A stretch of 64,000 bases of DNA from Candidatus Tayloriibacteriota bacterium (GTDB taxonomy: Bacteria > Patescibacteriota > Minisyncoccia > Phycocordibacterales > PALSA-1337), in contig JACRJP010000004.1 of the NCBI GenBank assembly GCA_016215455.1, positions 21,132 through 85,131 on the forward strand, given 5' to 3'. Each line of letters begins with the position of its first letter. Within the stretch, counting starts at the first letter, position 1. Below are positions 9,628 to 20,211 of this stretch, one piece after another. The position numbers were made by a program, and so were the translations under genes. The notes under the pieces are model-generated. The model was not told the origin of the DNA, made no database searches, and saw only the letters and a list, made by a program, of their open reading frames with translations.

Positions 9628-11394
9628 GTGAAAAAAAGATTCATTACCAACCCTGTCGGCTACCTCTTTGATAAAGTATGGAGGTATTCTGAGGGTAATC
9701 GACGCAAAGTTGCGATATTCTGGTGTATGTTCACACTTGCAAGCGTTGTTTCTCTCGTCTCACGACCATATGTCATGTCAAAAGTGATGAACATTGTTCA
9801 GACTGAGGGAATACATCCGAACAATCTTCCACGACTCATGTGGCTTCTTGTAGGGGTATTCATGTGCTCCGTCGCGTTCTGGATATTACATGGCCCTGCA
9901 CGGGTTATGGAACAGAACAATGCTTTTCTCCTCAGATTAAATTACCGAAAGTTTTTCTTGTGGGGAGTTACGCATTTGCCCATGCAATGGCATTCAGATC
10001 ACCACTCGGGTGATACCATTGATCGCATAGAAAAGGGAACGGGTGCGCTCTACCTATTCGCAAGTGATTCTTACGAATTGTTGTATACGTTCGTAAAACT
10101 CATTGTATGCTATGGAGTCCTTACCTACTTTAACCCCACAGCGGGATTGATAGCATTGTTTTTCATTGTCATATCGGCGATGATCACTATCAAAATTGAT
10201 TCGATACTCGTCAAGAACTATACGATACTTGCTCGTGGAGAAAACACCGCAAGCAAAGGGGTATTCGACATGTTGTCGAATATCACAACGGTCATCATCC
10301 TACGTGTCGAAAAACATGTTTTTGATGCGGTGATCAGTAAGATACGCGCACAAACCGAACTTACCTCACAAACAAACCGACTCGCAGAATTTAAGTGGTT
10401 CCTTACGAGCCTCTGCTGCGCCGGAATGAGTGTGAGTGTGCTCGCGAGTTATATGTATACTCAATCAAAAAGCAGTATTCCTGTGTTGATTGGGTCTGTG
10501 TATCTTTTGCTTGCATATTTGGATAATGTTGATGAAGTGTTCTATCGCTTCACCAGCTTCTACTCAAATATCGTCAAATGGAGGGTGCGTGCAAACAATG
10601 CAGAAGAACTTGCGGTAGATTTTTCTCCCCATGACTTTGACAGCGATAAGCTGCCAGACGATTGGCAGAATATTGATATTAGAGGTCTTTCCTTTGCCTA
10701 CCAAGGCTCAGGAGTTGATCAGCTTAACAATATCAACCTTCAGTTACATCGGGGTAGCAAAGTCGCATTGATTGGTGTAAGTGGTGGTGGAAAAACCACG
10801 CTTCTCAAAGTCATACGCAATCTATATGAACCACGTAGTGGTGAGGTGAGGGTTGACGGAAGACTTTGTCAAAATTGGTTTGGAGACTTCAGTGAATCAG
10901 TGGCATTACTGCCACAGAATCCTGAAATTTTCGACGCAACAGTCTTACACAACATAACTCTTGGTGCAGATTATCCAATGGAACTTATTCAGCAAGCCAT
11001 GAAAGTGGCATGCTTTGATGAGGTTCTTCCTAATCTTCCTCGAGGTCTTGAATCTTTAGTGAACGAGAAGGGGGTAAATCTCTCCGGTGGACAGAATCAA
11101 CGCCTCGCATTAATACGCGGAATTCTTGCATCTGGTGATAAGCCGGTAGTGTTACTCGACGAGCCGACAAGTAGTCTCGATATGGTGACTGAACACAAAG
11201 TGTTTGAACGCCTGTTTAAGCTATTCGAAGGAAAGCTTATCATTTCAACACTCCACCGTTTACATCTACTGCCGCTATTTGATCACATTGTGCTTTTTGA
11301 TGACGGTCGGATTATCGCACAAGGTTCACTTGAACATCTGTTGGAGACGTGCCCACAATTTCAGTATATGTGGAAGATGCACGGAGGGGAATAA
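9628..11394 (+). CDS. ABC exporter, fused TMD-NBD (MdlB/ABCB-like)
   Basis: N-terminal TM domain, Walker A GVSGGGKTT, signature NLSGGQNQR, Walker B LLDEPTSSLD, H-loop LHRL. Confidence 0.92.
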   Translation: MKKRFITNPVGYLFDKVWRYSEGNRRKVAIFWCMFTLASVVSLVSRPYVMSKVMNIVQTEGIHPNNLPRLMWLLVGVFMCSVAFWILHGPARVMEQNNAFLLRLNYRKFFLWGVTHLPMQWHSDHHSGDTIDRIEKGTGALYLFASDSYELLYTFVKLIVCYGVLTYFNPTAGLIALFFIVISAMITIKIDSILVKNYTILARGENTASKGVFDMLSNITTVIILRVEKHVFDAVISKIRAQTELTSQTNRLAEFKWFLTSLCCAGMSVSVLASYMYTQSKSSIPVLIGSVYLLLAYLDNVDEVFYRFTSFYSNIVKWRVRANNAEELAVDFSPHDFDSDKLPDDWQNIDIRGLSFAYQGSGVDQLNNINLQLHRGSKVALIGVSGGGKTTLLKVIRNLYEPRSGEVRVDGRLCQNWFGDFSESVALLPQNPEIFDATVLHNITLGADYPMELIQQAMKVACFDEVLPNLPRGLESLVNEKGVNLSGGQNQRLALIRGILASGDKPVVLLDEPTSSLDMVTEHKVFERLFKLFEGKLIISTLHRLHLLPLFDHIVLFDDGRIIAQGSLEHLLETCPQFQYMWKMHGGE

Positions 11395-11416
11395 CTCCCA
11401 ATATCTGATGATTTTG

Positions 11417-11438
11417 CCTCACTCTGTGTGAGGTTTTT
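11417..11438 (+). terminator. Rho-independent terminator
   Basis: CCTCAC-TCTGT-GTGAGG followed by TTTTTT. Confidence 0.7.
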
Positions 11439-11515
11439 TATTTAAATATTTTCTTTGACTTCTTTCGAGAACTGATCTAGTCTTACTATTCAGACATCCT
11501 CGACCATTACAGCAT

Positions 11516-12025
11516 ATGACGATTGACGCCAATGCTCTAGCAGACATCACCTCCAGAAGAACTACTGGAAACATCGTCGCTCATGAGGAATTCAGTATTG
11601 AGCCTTTTCTCCCAGCACGTGCCTGTGCACGTGATTGGACTGTCGTTTATGACGGAGACCTGTTACAACGTCCGACTCTCACGACAAGTTTTTCATACGG
11701 GCTTAAACTTAGAGAGCACTCCGATCCAGCTCCAGATACACGACAATTTCATTCGTGTGGGGGACTGACCCTTATGCATCTTTGGAGAAACCCACATCTC
11801 ATTCCATTGTCATGGCAGAATACAGAGATGTATGAAGAGTTCTTTTTCGATGGACTCACTCTACGTCGACAAAAGAAATCACCACGTAGAACAACTGATT
11901 TTGTGATTTCCTTGTTCTATGATCCCAGGAAAAGACGCTGGTTCTCTAGCTTAAAAATATTTGGTGCTGAACGGTATGCTGGACAGATGTCAGTCGTCCT
12001 TCCGTTACATCAAGTCACTGTTTGA
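11516..12025 (+). CDS. Hypothetical protein (orphan; possible CPR C-type-lectin-like domain)
   Basis: Own promoter TTGACT-17-TAGTCT from about 11455. Motif LWRNPHLIPLSWQ...FFFDG.TLR...VISLFY...RW. Confidence 0.55.
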   Translation: MTIDANALADITSRRTTGNIVAHEEFSIEPFLPARACARDWTVVYDGDLLQRPTLTTSFSYGLKLREHSDPAPDTRQFHSCGGLTLMHLWRNPHLIPLSWQNTEMYEEFFFDGLTLRRQKKSPRRTTDFVISLFYDPRKRRWFSSLKIFGAERYAGQMSVVLPLHQVTV

Positions 12026-12128
12026 TTTTTATTATTTCGAATTCAGTAGACACCTTGACTACGTAGTATATTCTGTGTTAATTTCACAAATAGACCGTTA
12101 CTCACATTCACCAAAAAAGAAGCTACGC

Positions 12129-12905
12129 ATGGCAAAAACGAAAGAATCAGGACGGCTTAGGAAAGAACGGGTCGTCTGGAAGGCACACGAATTGCAAGCT
12201 GTCATCGACGCTGCGGTTCTCGCTAGCCTTGAAGACATTGAGCATGTTTGGGTCTATTTGGCTCGCGGACAGCAAGTCCTACCCAAGGAACGCCACCGTG
12301 TCATAGGTGGTAAACATGTTGTCACCCCAGAGATTCTCGCTGCTTTTCAAGTAGCTCGGAAAGCACTGATCGACAGAGAAGTGCCTGCTCCGCCGCCGCC
12401 AGTTGAGATTCCTGTGCCGGTTGAACAAAGTCGGGAACAAGTTCTTGAAAGCCTGACTGATGCCGAGCTTATCCAGCTTGCAGTGAAGCGATTTACTCCT
12501 CTCATCGAAGGCCTTCGAGCGCTCGGTGAAGTTGGAGGAAAAAAAGAAACCCCACCACCAAAGCCGGTGGTAGAATGTCCTCCCGCTGCAATCCTGACTC
12601 CGAGTCCAGCAAAACTCCCGAAGCCAACGGTAGTATTTCTGTTCGGATTCGCCCCTGATCAAGAGGTTGAGATTCGAAGGAGGGCCGGCAGTTTCAACCT
12701 GCAACTCATCTTCGCACGACAAGAAAGGGGAGATGCGCCTCCCAAGGTGCCGGTATGCAACTGGTGCATCGTTGCGGAGTCAGATCTGAGTAGGCGGGCG
12801 AGAACCGCCATTAAGGCGCGTATCGATGATGCGCATATACTTTACATTCGTAACGTGGATACGACAATGCAAAAATTGGCAGACATCAATTCTCGAACGA
12901 AATGA
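12129..12905 (+). CDS. Hypothetical protein with Pro-rich linkers and DUF2325-like C-terminus
   Basis: ATG 12129 after a TTGACT promoter at about 12055. C-terminal alpha/beta pattern (VVFLFG...CIVAESDLS..AR.AIK...ILY). Confidence 0.6.
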   Translation: MAKTKESGRLRKERVVWKAHELQAVIDAAVLASLEDIEHVWVYLARGQQVLPKERHRVIGGKHVVTPEILAAFQVARKALIDREVPAPPPPVEIPVPVEQSREQVLESLTDAELIQLAVKRFTPLIEGLRALGEVGGKKETPPPKPVVECPPAAILTPSPAKLPKPTVVFLFGFAPDQEVEIRRRAGSFNLQLIFARQERGDAPPKVPVCNWCIVAESDLSRRARTAIKARIDDAHILYIRNVDTTMQKLADINSRTK

Positions 12906-12994
12906 ATGTCGATCTCCTGTAGGAACGTCACTACACGAGGTCATTTTTATTTACATCCGTAAGGGTTTTTGTTATCATTCTTGCTCACAACAAT

Positions 12995-13204
12995 ATGGAT
13001 GTATTCATGGAATTACTCGGAGAGATCTTTAGCCAAACTTTGAAATTGGCGGGAGCTGCTATAAGTGCTGTATTTGAAAATGGATCAAAATTATTCCAGT
13101 TTATTTGTTGGATTATTGCTGGTATCGTGATTATCCCAAGTCTTTTTATTTCAGGGACACTCTATCCTATGTGGGAGAAGTGGGGAGAAAATATCAAAAA
13201 ATAG
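12995..13204 (+). CDS. Small membrane protein
   Basis: 69 aa with a hydrophobic segment. Preceded by TGTTATCAT -10-like element. Confidence 0.65.
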   Translation: MDVFMELLGEIFSQTLKLAGAAISAVFENGSKLFQFICWIIAGIVIIPSLFISGTLYPMWEKWGENIKK

Positions 13205-13242
13205 CTGCGCAGGGATATTTGAGTATGTTATGATACTTTTGC

Positions 13243-14535
13243 ATGAAACTACGCACTACGCACGAAAAGAAAGAAGGGGTTAAGGGCTTCTTTCGATCAT
13301 TATCGATCGGTTTCTTCCTAGCATACCGAGATGTGCGCAAAGCCAATATTTGGACAACTCTCCTTATCATCACTGTGATGGTGCTCACATTTCTTAATCT
13401 TATTGTCGTAAGTGGTATTCTCGTCGGTCTTATCCAAGGATCAAGTGACGCAAATCGACAACGATATGCTGGTGATGTTATTGTCTCAACATTACCTAAG
13501 AAAACATACATTGAACGAAGTGCCGATACCATTCGCTTCATACAGAGTCTTCCTGGAGTTACTGCTGTATCGGCTCGCTATATTGAAAGTGGAAAAATTG
13601 AAGCGAACTACAAAAATAGAACTCGATTGAGCGATAAAGTTGACCAAGCAGGAGGATTGGTAGTTGGAATTGTTCCTGAAGACGAGATTGCTGTAAGTCA
13701 GCTTAATAAATATGTGATTGAGGGAGATTTTCTTGAAGAAGGTGATAGTGATGAGGTACTTCTCGGTGCTAATCTTCTCTTCAAATACACTCCGATAGAT
13801 TCACCTGGTATTTCAACGCTTAAAAACGTTGAAGTGGGTTCAAAAGTACGTCTCATTATCAATGGCACAAGTCGTGAAGTAACAATTAAAGGGGTAATTA
13901 AAAGTAAGGTAGGAGAGAACGACCAGCGTATCTATATGGTTGCAAGTGAGTTACGTAAGATCATTGGTCGCAATGATTACAACGTTGATGAAATCTCAAT
14001 TCGACTTGTCCCTGGTGCTGATGCAAGTAAGATTACTTCAGCTCTTATATCACAAGGTATTGATCAAACTGCAAAAGTACAAACATGGGAACAATCTGAA
14101 CCAAAATTTCTTAAAGATATCAAAGCAACATTTGCTATCCTAGGAAATCTCATCGGGAGTATCGGTCTCGCAGTTGCTTCGATTACCATTTTCATCATTA
14201 TCTTCGTTAACGCTATTACACGTCGACGATTTATCGGAATATTAAAAGGAATTGGTATTCGATCTCTAGCAATCGAAATTTCGTACATTATACAATCACT
14301 CTTCTATGCACTTTGTGGAATTGTTCTTGGATCAGCAATTATCTTTCTCTTCTTAAAGCCATATATCCTTGCCCATCCAATCAACTTTCCATTCAGTGAC
14401 GGTATTCTCGTAGCAACACTCTCAGGAACATTACTCCGTGCCGGAATTCTTATCGTCGCAACACTCATCGCGGGGTATATTCCAGCACGCTTGGTCGTTA
14501 AACAAAATACTCTTGATGCCATACTTGGCAGATAA
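13243..14535 (+). CDS. ABC transporter permease, FtsX/MacB/LolE family
   Basis: One TM, a large extracytoplasmic domain, then three TMs with RRRFIGILKGIG and AGYIPAR motifs. Confidence 0.9.
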   Translation: MKLRTTHEKKEGVKGFFRSLSIGFFLAYRDVRKANIWTTLLIITVMVLTFLNLIVVSGILVGLIQGSSDANRQRYAGDVIVSTLPKKTYIERSADTIRFIQSLPGVTAVSARYIESGKIEANYKNRTRLSDKVDQAGGLVVGIVPEDEIAVSQLNKYVIEGDFLEEGDSDEVLLGANLLFKYTPIDSPGISTLKNVEVGSKVRLIINGTSREVTIKGVIKSKVGENDQRIYMVASELRKIIGRNDYNVDEISIRLVPGADASKITSALISQGIDQTAKVQTWEQSEPKFLKDIKATFAILGNLIGSIGLAVASITIFIIIFVNAITRRRFIGILKGIGIRSLAIEISYIIQSLFYALCGIVLGSAIIFLFLKPYILAHPINFPFSDGILVATLSGTLLRAGILIVATLIAGYIPARLVVKQNTLDAILGR

Positions 14536-14550
14536 CAAGGGAATACATAT

Positions 14551-15237
14551 ATGCTTATATCAACAAAAAATCTCACACGACGATACCAAAGCGGAAATTC
14601 AACAACGACCGCTCTCAATCGTGTCGATCTCACTCTTAATGCGGGAGAATTCCTTGCTATTACAGGTCGTTCTGGTTCGGGTAAGAGTACATTGTTATAT
14701 CAATTAGGTCTTCTTGATCGACCAACCGAAGGTTCCATTATCATTGAAGGGAAAGATGTTCTCAAAATGAATGAGGAAGATCGAACATTCTTTCGACTTT
14801 CTGAACTTGGTTATGTATTTCAAGACTACGCAGTTCTTCCGGCACTTACAGCACTTGAAAATACCATGCTTCCACTTCTCATGCTTGGACTGTCAAACAA
14901 AGACGCAGAACAAAAAGCTGCATATGCCCTTACACGTGTAGGTCTTGCTGATCGTATGAAAAATTATCCTTCACAACTTTCAGGAGGACAACAACAACGA
15001 GTTGCGATTGCACGAGCCATTGCACACGATCCAAAAATCCTCTTTGCCGATGAACCGACAGCAAACCTTGATAGCGAAACATCAGAAGTGGTTCTTGGTG
15101 TATTTCTCGATCTTCATAGAGAAGGTCAGACCATTGTCATGGTGACACACGAAAAAGACTACGCAGCCCTTACTGATCGCGTTATAGAGCTTTCTGATGG
15201 TAAGATTGTAAGTGACCACAAAGTTACCAAGCACTAA
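14551..15237 (+). CDS. ABC transporter ATP-binding protein, LolD/MacB-like
   Basis: [44 protein letters not shown]. Confidence 0.95.
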   Translation: MLISTKNLTRRYQSGNSTTTALNRVDLTLNAGEFLAITGRSGSGKSTLLYQLGLLDRPTEGSIIIEGKDVLKMNEEDRTFFRLSELGYVFQDYAVLPALTALENTMLPLLMLGLSNKDAEQKAAYALTRVGLADRMKNYPSQLSGGQQQRVAIARAIAHDPKILFADEPTANLDSETSEVVLGVFLDLHREGQTIVMVTHEKDYAALTDRVIELSDGKIVSDHKVTKH

Positions 15238-15245
15238 AACGACCT

Positions 15246-16643
15246 ATGCAACATTCTCAGACTCAGAACTCAGCTCCAACAATATTTGTGATATTTGGTA
15301 TCACAGGTGATCTTGCTGGACGCAAACTTCTTCCTGCGCTTCTCAATCTATATGTTAAAAAAGTACTTCCTCAGAAATTCGCTATCGTAGGATTTTCTCG
15401 TAGAAATTTTACTCGTGAAGAATTTCGTCAATATATACGTGATAATATCAATATCAAACCTGGTCAATTCAAGGAAGAAGACGTAAAGCACTTCCTTGAT
15501 CATATGTCATATGAACAGGGATTGTTTGATACACCAGAATCGTATCATCGTCTTGCCGAAAAACTTCAATCAATTGATGAGAGTTTTAAGCAATGTTCAA
15601 ATAAACTATTTCATCTCTCAGTACCACCAACACTCTACGAAGGAATTCTCGAAAACCTTTCTTCTTCAGGACTTACTATTCCATGTGGTGGTGATCTTGG
15701 TTGGACACGTGTCCTCATCGAGAAGCCTTTTGGTAATGATATCGAGACTGCTAAAAAGCTCGACAAACGTATCGGTGATCTTTTCTCAGAAGAACAGATA
15801 TTTCGTATTGATCACTATCTCGCAAAAGAGGCATTACAAAATGTTCTCGCATTTCGTTTTGCTAATACACTTTTTGAGCCACTCTGGAATCGTCATCATG
15901 TTGATAAGGTACACATTAAACTTCTCGAAAAGATTGATATTGAAGATCGTGGTGAATTCTATGACAAAGTTGGTGCCCTCAAAGATGTTGGACAAAACCA
16001 TGTACTTCAAATGCTTGCACTTGTTGCCATGGAATCACCAGAAGAATTTGATGCTGAACATATTCGTAAGGAACGAGCAAAAGTTTTGAAACATCTCATG
16101 CCGATCACATCAAAAAATATTAATGATCTTGCGGTACGTGGACAATATGAAGGGTACCTTCATGAAAAGGGAGTTCGACCAGAATCACAAACAGAAACAT
16201 ATTTCCGCCTTGAAACATATATTGAAAATGCTCGCTGGAAAGATGTTCCATTCTTTCTTGAAAGTGGAAAAGCATTGTCTGAGTCAAAAGCTGAAATTGA
16301 TATCTATTTTAAAAATGAGAATGAGGAAGAACGTCAAAATATTCTCACATTCCGTATTCAACCTGATGAGGGTATCAAGATTCGTTTTTGGGTCAAAACT
16401 CCAGGTTTTGGTCTTCAGGTAGAACCGAAAACTCTTAAATTTAAATATAGTGATTTTGATTCACTCTCAACACTTCCTGATGCATATGAAAAAGTCCTCT
16501 TCGATGCATTCGTCGGAGATCAAACACTTTTCACAAGTACTGATGAGGTAGTACACGCCTGGAAGTTCATTTCTCCAATCGTAGAACTCTGGAATCACGT
16601 ACCAATGACACGCTACAAGAAGGGAAGCTCATACGTGTATTAA
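15246..16643 (+). CDS. zwf: Glucose-6-phosphate 1-dehydrogenase
   Basis: IFGITGDLA, IEKPFG, RIDHYLAKE, DVGQNH, DAYEKVL. Confidence 0.97.
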   Translation: MQHSQTQNSAPTIFVIFGITGDLAGRKLLPALLNLYVKKVLPQKFAIVGFSRRNFTREEFRQYIRDNINIKPGQFKEEDVKHFLDHMSYEQGLFDTPESYHRLAEKLQSIDESFKQCSNKLFHLSVPPTLYEGILENLSSSGLTIPCGGDLGWTRVLIEKPFGNDIETAKKLDKRIGDLFSEEQIFRIDHYLAKEALQNVLAFRFANTLFEPLWNRHHVDKVHIKLLEKIDIEDRGEFYDKVGALKDVGQNHVLQMLALVAMESPEEFDAEHIRKERAKVLKHLMPITSKNINDLAVRGQYEGYLHEKGVRPESQTETYFRLETYIENARWKDVPFFLESGKALSESKAEIDIYFKNENEEERQNILTFRIQPDEGIKIRFWVKTPGFGLQVEPKTLKFKYSDFDSLSTLPDAYEKVLFDAFVGDQTLFTSTDEVVHAWKFISPIVELWNHVPMTRYKKGSSYVY

Positions 16644-16682
16644 AGGTCTCAACAGAGAGGTATTTTGTCGTTTTACCATATA

Positions 16683-16711
16683 TTGACATTATGTGTTTTT
16701 TGGTATATAAT
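16683..16711 (+). promoter_or_regulatory. Perfect consensus sigma70 promoter
   Basis: TTGACA (16683-16688), 17-nt spacer, TATAAT (16706-16711). Confidence 0.8.
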
Positions 16712-16843
16712 GTATATCAGCAAACTGGTATTACCGAAAGGTAACCAACATGACTCTTTTGAAACCTTGGACTACTACACACGCATGTTGCGTGTGGTAA
16801 GCCTTGGTGAGTTTCGAGTCAGATAAGCACATCGAAGTTACCT

Positions 16844-17653
16844 ATGAAGACGCCTAAAACGTCCCCGCGCAAACGCTCCGTCACGCCTGCACCTCCGACT
16901 AACGGGACACGCTCCCGTGGCGACATTGAATCGGTTCTGAAACAAACGGGCGATAAGAAGCCTGTGGCAAAGAAGAAGGCTGCGAAGTCTTCTACTGCCA
17001 CTGAGGTCCCGCCTCCGCCTTTCAGCCGGGAGACGGCACCACATGCCGTCACTGCCGAAGCCCGGAAGTGGCTCAGCAACGAGCGGGCAATTTACGGGGC
17101 TGGTTATGCTCCGATTCTCTGGGTCAGCGCCCCGAAATTGTGGGATCTCGCTGAGACCTTGGGTCGCGAACTCACGTTGGATGAGGTCAAATTCCTCGTC
17201 CAGGCAGATGGGGATATGGAGCAGTGCTTCATCGGAAAGGCTCCTTTCCAGCCGATTCGCTACTTGGTGATCACGCGAGTGACCCTGGATCTGCTGAAAA
17301 AAGCAGGAGCATTCGAAAAAATCCCCAAAGAAAAACTTCTCTGGGGCGGCGCGTTCGCCATCAATCAGGAAGGGAATGGTCTCATTCCCCTGTCTGGTGC
17401 GCGCTTCTGGAACGTGCGTGGTGACTTTGCGCTCAAGGATAGCGCGATGGTGCGTGCCTGGCTTATTTCGAACGAAAATCCTGCTCTGCGTTCATGGCCC
17501 CAGAGTCGGGCCGATGCAGAAGAAGGTATTCGGCGGATTGCCGATGCCAAGGCACGAGCCCGGCACACCCACGAGAACTTGGTTCAGGTGGACATCGTGC
17601 TTGCTGGGGCGATCCGTAGTCGTCCCAAGCATAAGCATGGCAATAAGAAGTAG
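16844..17653 (+). CDS. Hypothetical basic protein (orphan, GC-richer than flanks)
   Basis: 269-aa ORF with a K/R/P-rich N-terminus, its own promoter and terminator. Confidence 0.7.
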   Translation: MKTPKTSPRKRSVTPAPPTNGTRSRGDIESVLKQTGDKKPVAKKKAAKSSTATEVPPPPFSRETAPHAVTAEARKWLSNERAIYGAGYAPILWVSAPKLWDLAETLGRELTLDEVKFLVQADGDMEQCFIGKAPFQPIRYLVITRVTLDLLKKAGAFEKIPKEKLLWGGAFAINQEGNGLIPLSGARFWNVRGDFALKDSAMVRAWLISNENPALRSWPQSRADAEEGIRRIADAKARARHTHENLVQVDIVLAGAIRSRPKHKHGNKK

Positions 17654-17691
17654 CTGAGCATCTACAGAAAAATAAAGAAGATCTGCTCTCA

Positions 17692-17724
17692 AGCTCCCCG
17701 CATACAACTGCTGGGAGCCTTTTA
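17692..17724 (+). terminator. Rho-independent terminator
   Basis: GCTCCC...GGGAGC stem followed by CTTTT. Confidence 0.55.
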
Positions 17725-17784
17725 TTTATATGCTATACTGTCGCCATAATAATTAAGAAATCGCGTAAACCGCAAACAATTACG

Positions 17785-18012
17785 ATGTTCAAGAATTTTT
17801 TAATGAAACAAATGCTCAAGCGCCAGATGAAGGGCGTTCCTGAAGCTGAACAAGAAAAAATCTTCAAAATGATTGAAGATAATCCTGATTTCTTTACTAA
17901 AATTGCCGAAGAAACTCAAGAAAAAATCAAAGGGGGTATGAGTCAGCAAGACGCTATGATGGCAGTAATGCAAAAAAATCAAGACCAGCTTAAGAAGATT
18001 TTAGGGAAATAA
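17785..18012 (+). CDS. Small helical hypothetical protein
   Basis: 75 aa, M/K/Q-rich, host-like codon usage, TGCTATACT upstream. Confidence 0.75.
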   Translation: MFKNFLMKQMLKRQMKGVPEAEQEKIFKMIEDNPDFFTKIAEETQEKIKGGMSQQDAMMAVMQKNQDQLKKILGK

Positions 18013-18048
18013 TTGAAACTCAGGCTGTAATAAGCTAGTATAGTCTCC

Positions 18049-19161
18049 ATGTCACTATCAATCGGTATTGTAGGACTTCCAAACGTTGGTAAGTCAACAC
18101 TTTTTAATGCTCTGACCAAAAAGTCAGTGCCTGCAGAAAACTATCCATTTTGTACCATCGATCCATCAGTTGGTGTAGTTGCGGTACCTGATGAACGACT
18201 CTACAAACTTGCTGCTTTTTCTCAAACTAAAAAAATAGTTCCTGCGGCTGTTGAATTCGTTGATATTGCAGGTCTCGTCAAAGGTGCGTCAGCAGGTGAA
18301 GGTCTTGGAAACCAATTCCTTTCTAACATTCGAGAAACAGATGCTATCGCTGAAGTAGTTCGAATATTCGAAGATGATAACGTCATCCATGTCGATGGTA
18401 AGATTAATCCTGTATCAGATATTGAAGTTATTAATCTCGAACTCATTCTTGCTGATCTTCAAACAGTGAGTAAACGACTTGCCAACCTTACCAAAGAAGT
18501 AAAGTCGGGTAAAAAAGAAGCGATTATCGAAGCAGGACTCGCGGAGCGTCTTAAAGCTGCACTCGAAGATGGAAAGCTTGCACGAACAGTTACTGCAAAT
18601 GAATTTGAGATGCCATTTCTCAAACACCTACACCTTCTAACATCAAAACCGATTCTCTACGTACTCAACAAGAAAGCAGGAGGGAAGAATCTTGATGAAA
18701 TGACCGTAGATGGAGCAGCTGATCCTCGCTATACCAAACTCATGGATTTCATCAAAAACTCTGGCTCACAATGGGTACTCGTTGATGCGGGAGTAGAGCA
18801 TGAAATGAAAGACCTTTCAGATACTGATAAAAAGGAAATGCGTGAGGGACTCGGTGCAAAAGATGACGGTATCGATGCTCTCATTCGAGCTGGATATGAA
18901 ACACTCAATCTCATTACCTACTTCACAACAGGTGAAGTTGAAACTCGAGCATGGACTATTCAGAAAGGTTGGACAGCACCAGAAGCAGGTACTGCAATTC
19001 ATGGTGACTTCAAAGACAAATTTATCCGTGCAGAAGTAATTGAATGGGATAAGTTACTTGAAGCAGGATCATTTGGTGCAGCTCGAGAAAAAGGACTTCT
19101 TCGTACAGAAGGAAAGGAATACATCGTTAAGGATGGTGATGTGATGGAGTTTAAAATCTAA
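18049..19161 (+). CDS. ychF: Ribosome-binding ATPase YchF
   Basis: [48 protein letters not shown] domain [11 protein letters not shown]. Confidence 0.98.
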   Translation: MSLSIGIVGLPNVGKSTLFNALTKKSVPAENYPFCTIDPSVGVVAVPDERLYKLAAFSQTKKIVPAAVEFVDIAGLVKGASAGEGLGNQFLSNIRETDAIAEVVRIFEDDNVIHVDGKINPVSDIEVINLELILADLQTVSKRLANLTKEVKSGKKEAIIEAGLAERLKAALEDGKLARTVTANEFEMPFLKHLHLLTSKPILYVLNKKAGGKNLDEMTVDGAADPRYTKLMDFIKNSGSQWVLVDAGVEHEMKDLSDTDKKEMREGLGAKDDGIDALIRAGYETLNLITYFTTGEVETRAWTIQKGWTAPEAGTAIHGDFKDKFIRAEVIEWDKLLEAGSFGAAREKGLLRTEGKEYIVKDGDVMEFKI

Positions 19162-19187
19162 ATAAAAAGTAGAGGTTATAAAATACC

Positions 19188-19706
19188 TCAACAAGTTTGC
19201 GCAGGAACAGTAGCACCACCAAGACTTCTGAAGATCTCCGTCGCATCATACGCAGCATCCGAACCAATGAGTCGCATAACAGCAACGGCAAGGTTCTCTA
19301 TTCGTTGGGGTGAGACATCAATCGGCTCAATACGTAAATGTGCCTTTTGAGTGGCGATGTTGAATTTATGACCGTGGAGCACTAAGTCGAATGTGACTAC
19401 TCTCATCCGACCACGATGCTTAACACAGAAAAAACCATCGATTCCGTAGTCTCTATCAAGCACGGTATTGACCGCACAATAGATATCGAGATGTCTTTGA
19501 ACCAATTTTCGAACTTCCGCATGAACACTGTCTCGAATACCACCTTTTCGATAGTGGCGATTGCCACGACGATGTAAGATGATCACTTCTGAGAGAGCTT
19601 CTTCAAATGTCATACTCCCGACAGGTATGCCTCGATGGTATTCCCAGCAAAGAGACTTACCGAAGAATTCTCGTTCGAATAAACGGCCTCGTTCAGGTCT
19701 ATTCAT
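19188..19706 (-). CDS. Hypothetical protein, possible PD-(D/E)XK-like fold
   Basis: LDRDYGIDGFF...VVTFDL pattern. Own promoter TTGACA-17-TATAAA on the - strand, about 19774-19802. Confidence 0.55.
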   Translation of the reverse strand: MNRPERGRLFEREFFGKSLCWEYHRGIPVGSMTFEEALSEVIILHRRGNRHYRKGGIRDSVHAEVRKLVQRHLDIYCAVNTVLDRDYGIDGFFCVKHRGRMRVVTFDLVLHGHKFNIATQKAHLRIEPIDVSPQRIENLAVAVMRLIGSDAAYDATEIFRSLGGATVPAQTC

Positions 19707-19878
19707 GGTACACTTTTTTCATTGAAAAGGGTTCTTTCGAAACGCCGAAAGAATACTACCCAGATCTAAATACTTTATACATTAAATACATAGGCATGTC
19801 AATTTTTATTAGTCCACGTTTGACATTTCATCAACGAACCTTATAGTAACCATAGCTGATCAAACACTGGAGGATGCA

Positions 19879-20157
19879 ATGGCAAAATCTAAAGCCCCTT
19901 TACATAAGGTAATCATCGAGATTGAATGTGAAAGCTGTTACGGTTCCGGTATACACCGGATTTCCTACTATCCAGCGAAAGTGGGAGTTACCTGCAGGAA
20001 ATGTGAGGGTAACGGCTTTATCTTTTTTTCCTACATACCTTTCACAGGCCTCAAAACACGGACTGATGTAACTAAAGTCTTCAGAAACAACCCCATGGCA
20101 AGTGGAGCAAATCCATTTGTTTCTGCACAACAATTTCATGCTGGCAAAAGACCTTAA
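19879..20157 (+). CDS. Small DnaJ-type zinc-finger protein
   Basis: CESCYGSG and CRKCEGNG (two CxxCxGxG). GGAGG SD and a TTGACA promoter at about 19820. Confidence 0.75.
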   Translation: MAKSKAPLHKVIIEIECESCYGSGIHRISYYPAKVGVTCRKCEGNGFIFFSYIPFTGLKTRTDVTKVFRNNPMASGANPFVSAQQFHAGKRP

Positions 20158-20211
20158 AGCTTTGCAAAATTTTTAATTAAAAATGCCACCGGATGGTTAA
20201 GAGGGGTAAAC

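Noticed and set aside
16717-16760. c-di-GMP-I riboswitch
   Set aside because: GCAAAC and a GAAA hairpin are present, but the conserved GACGCAAAG and P3 are absent; kept only as an unknown structured leader.
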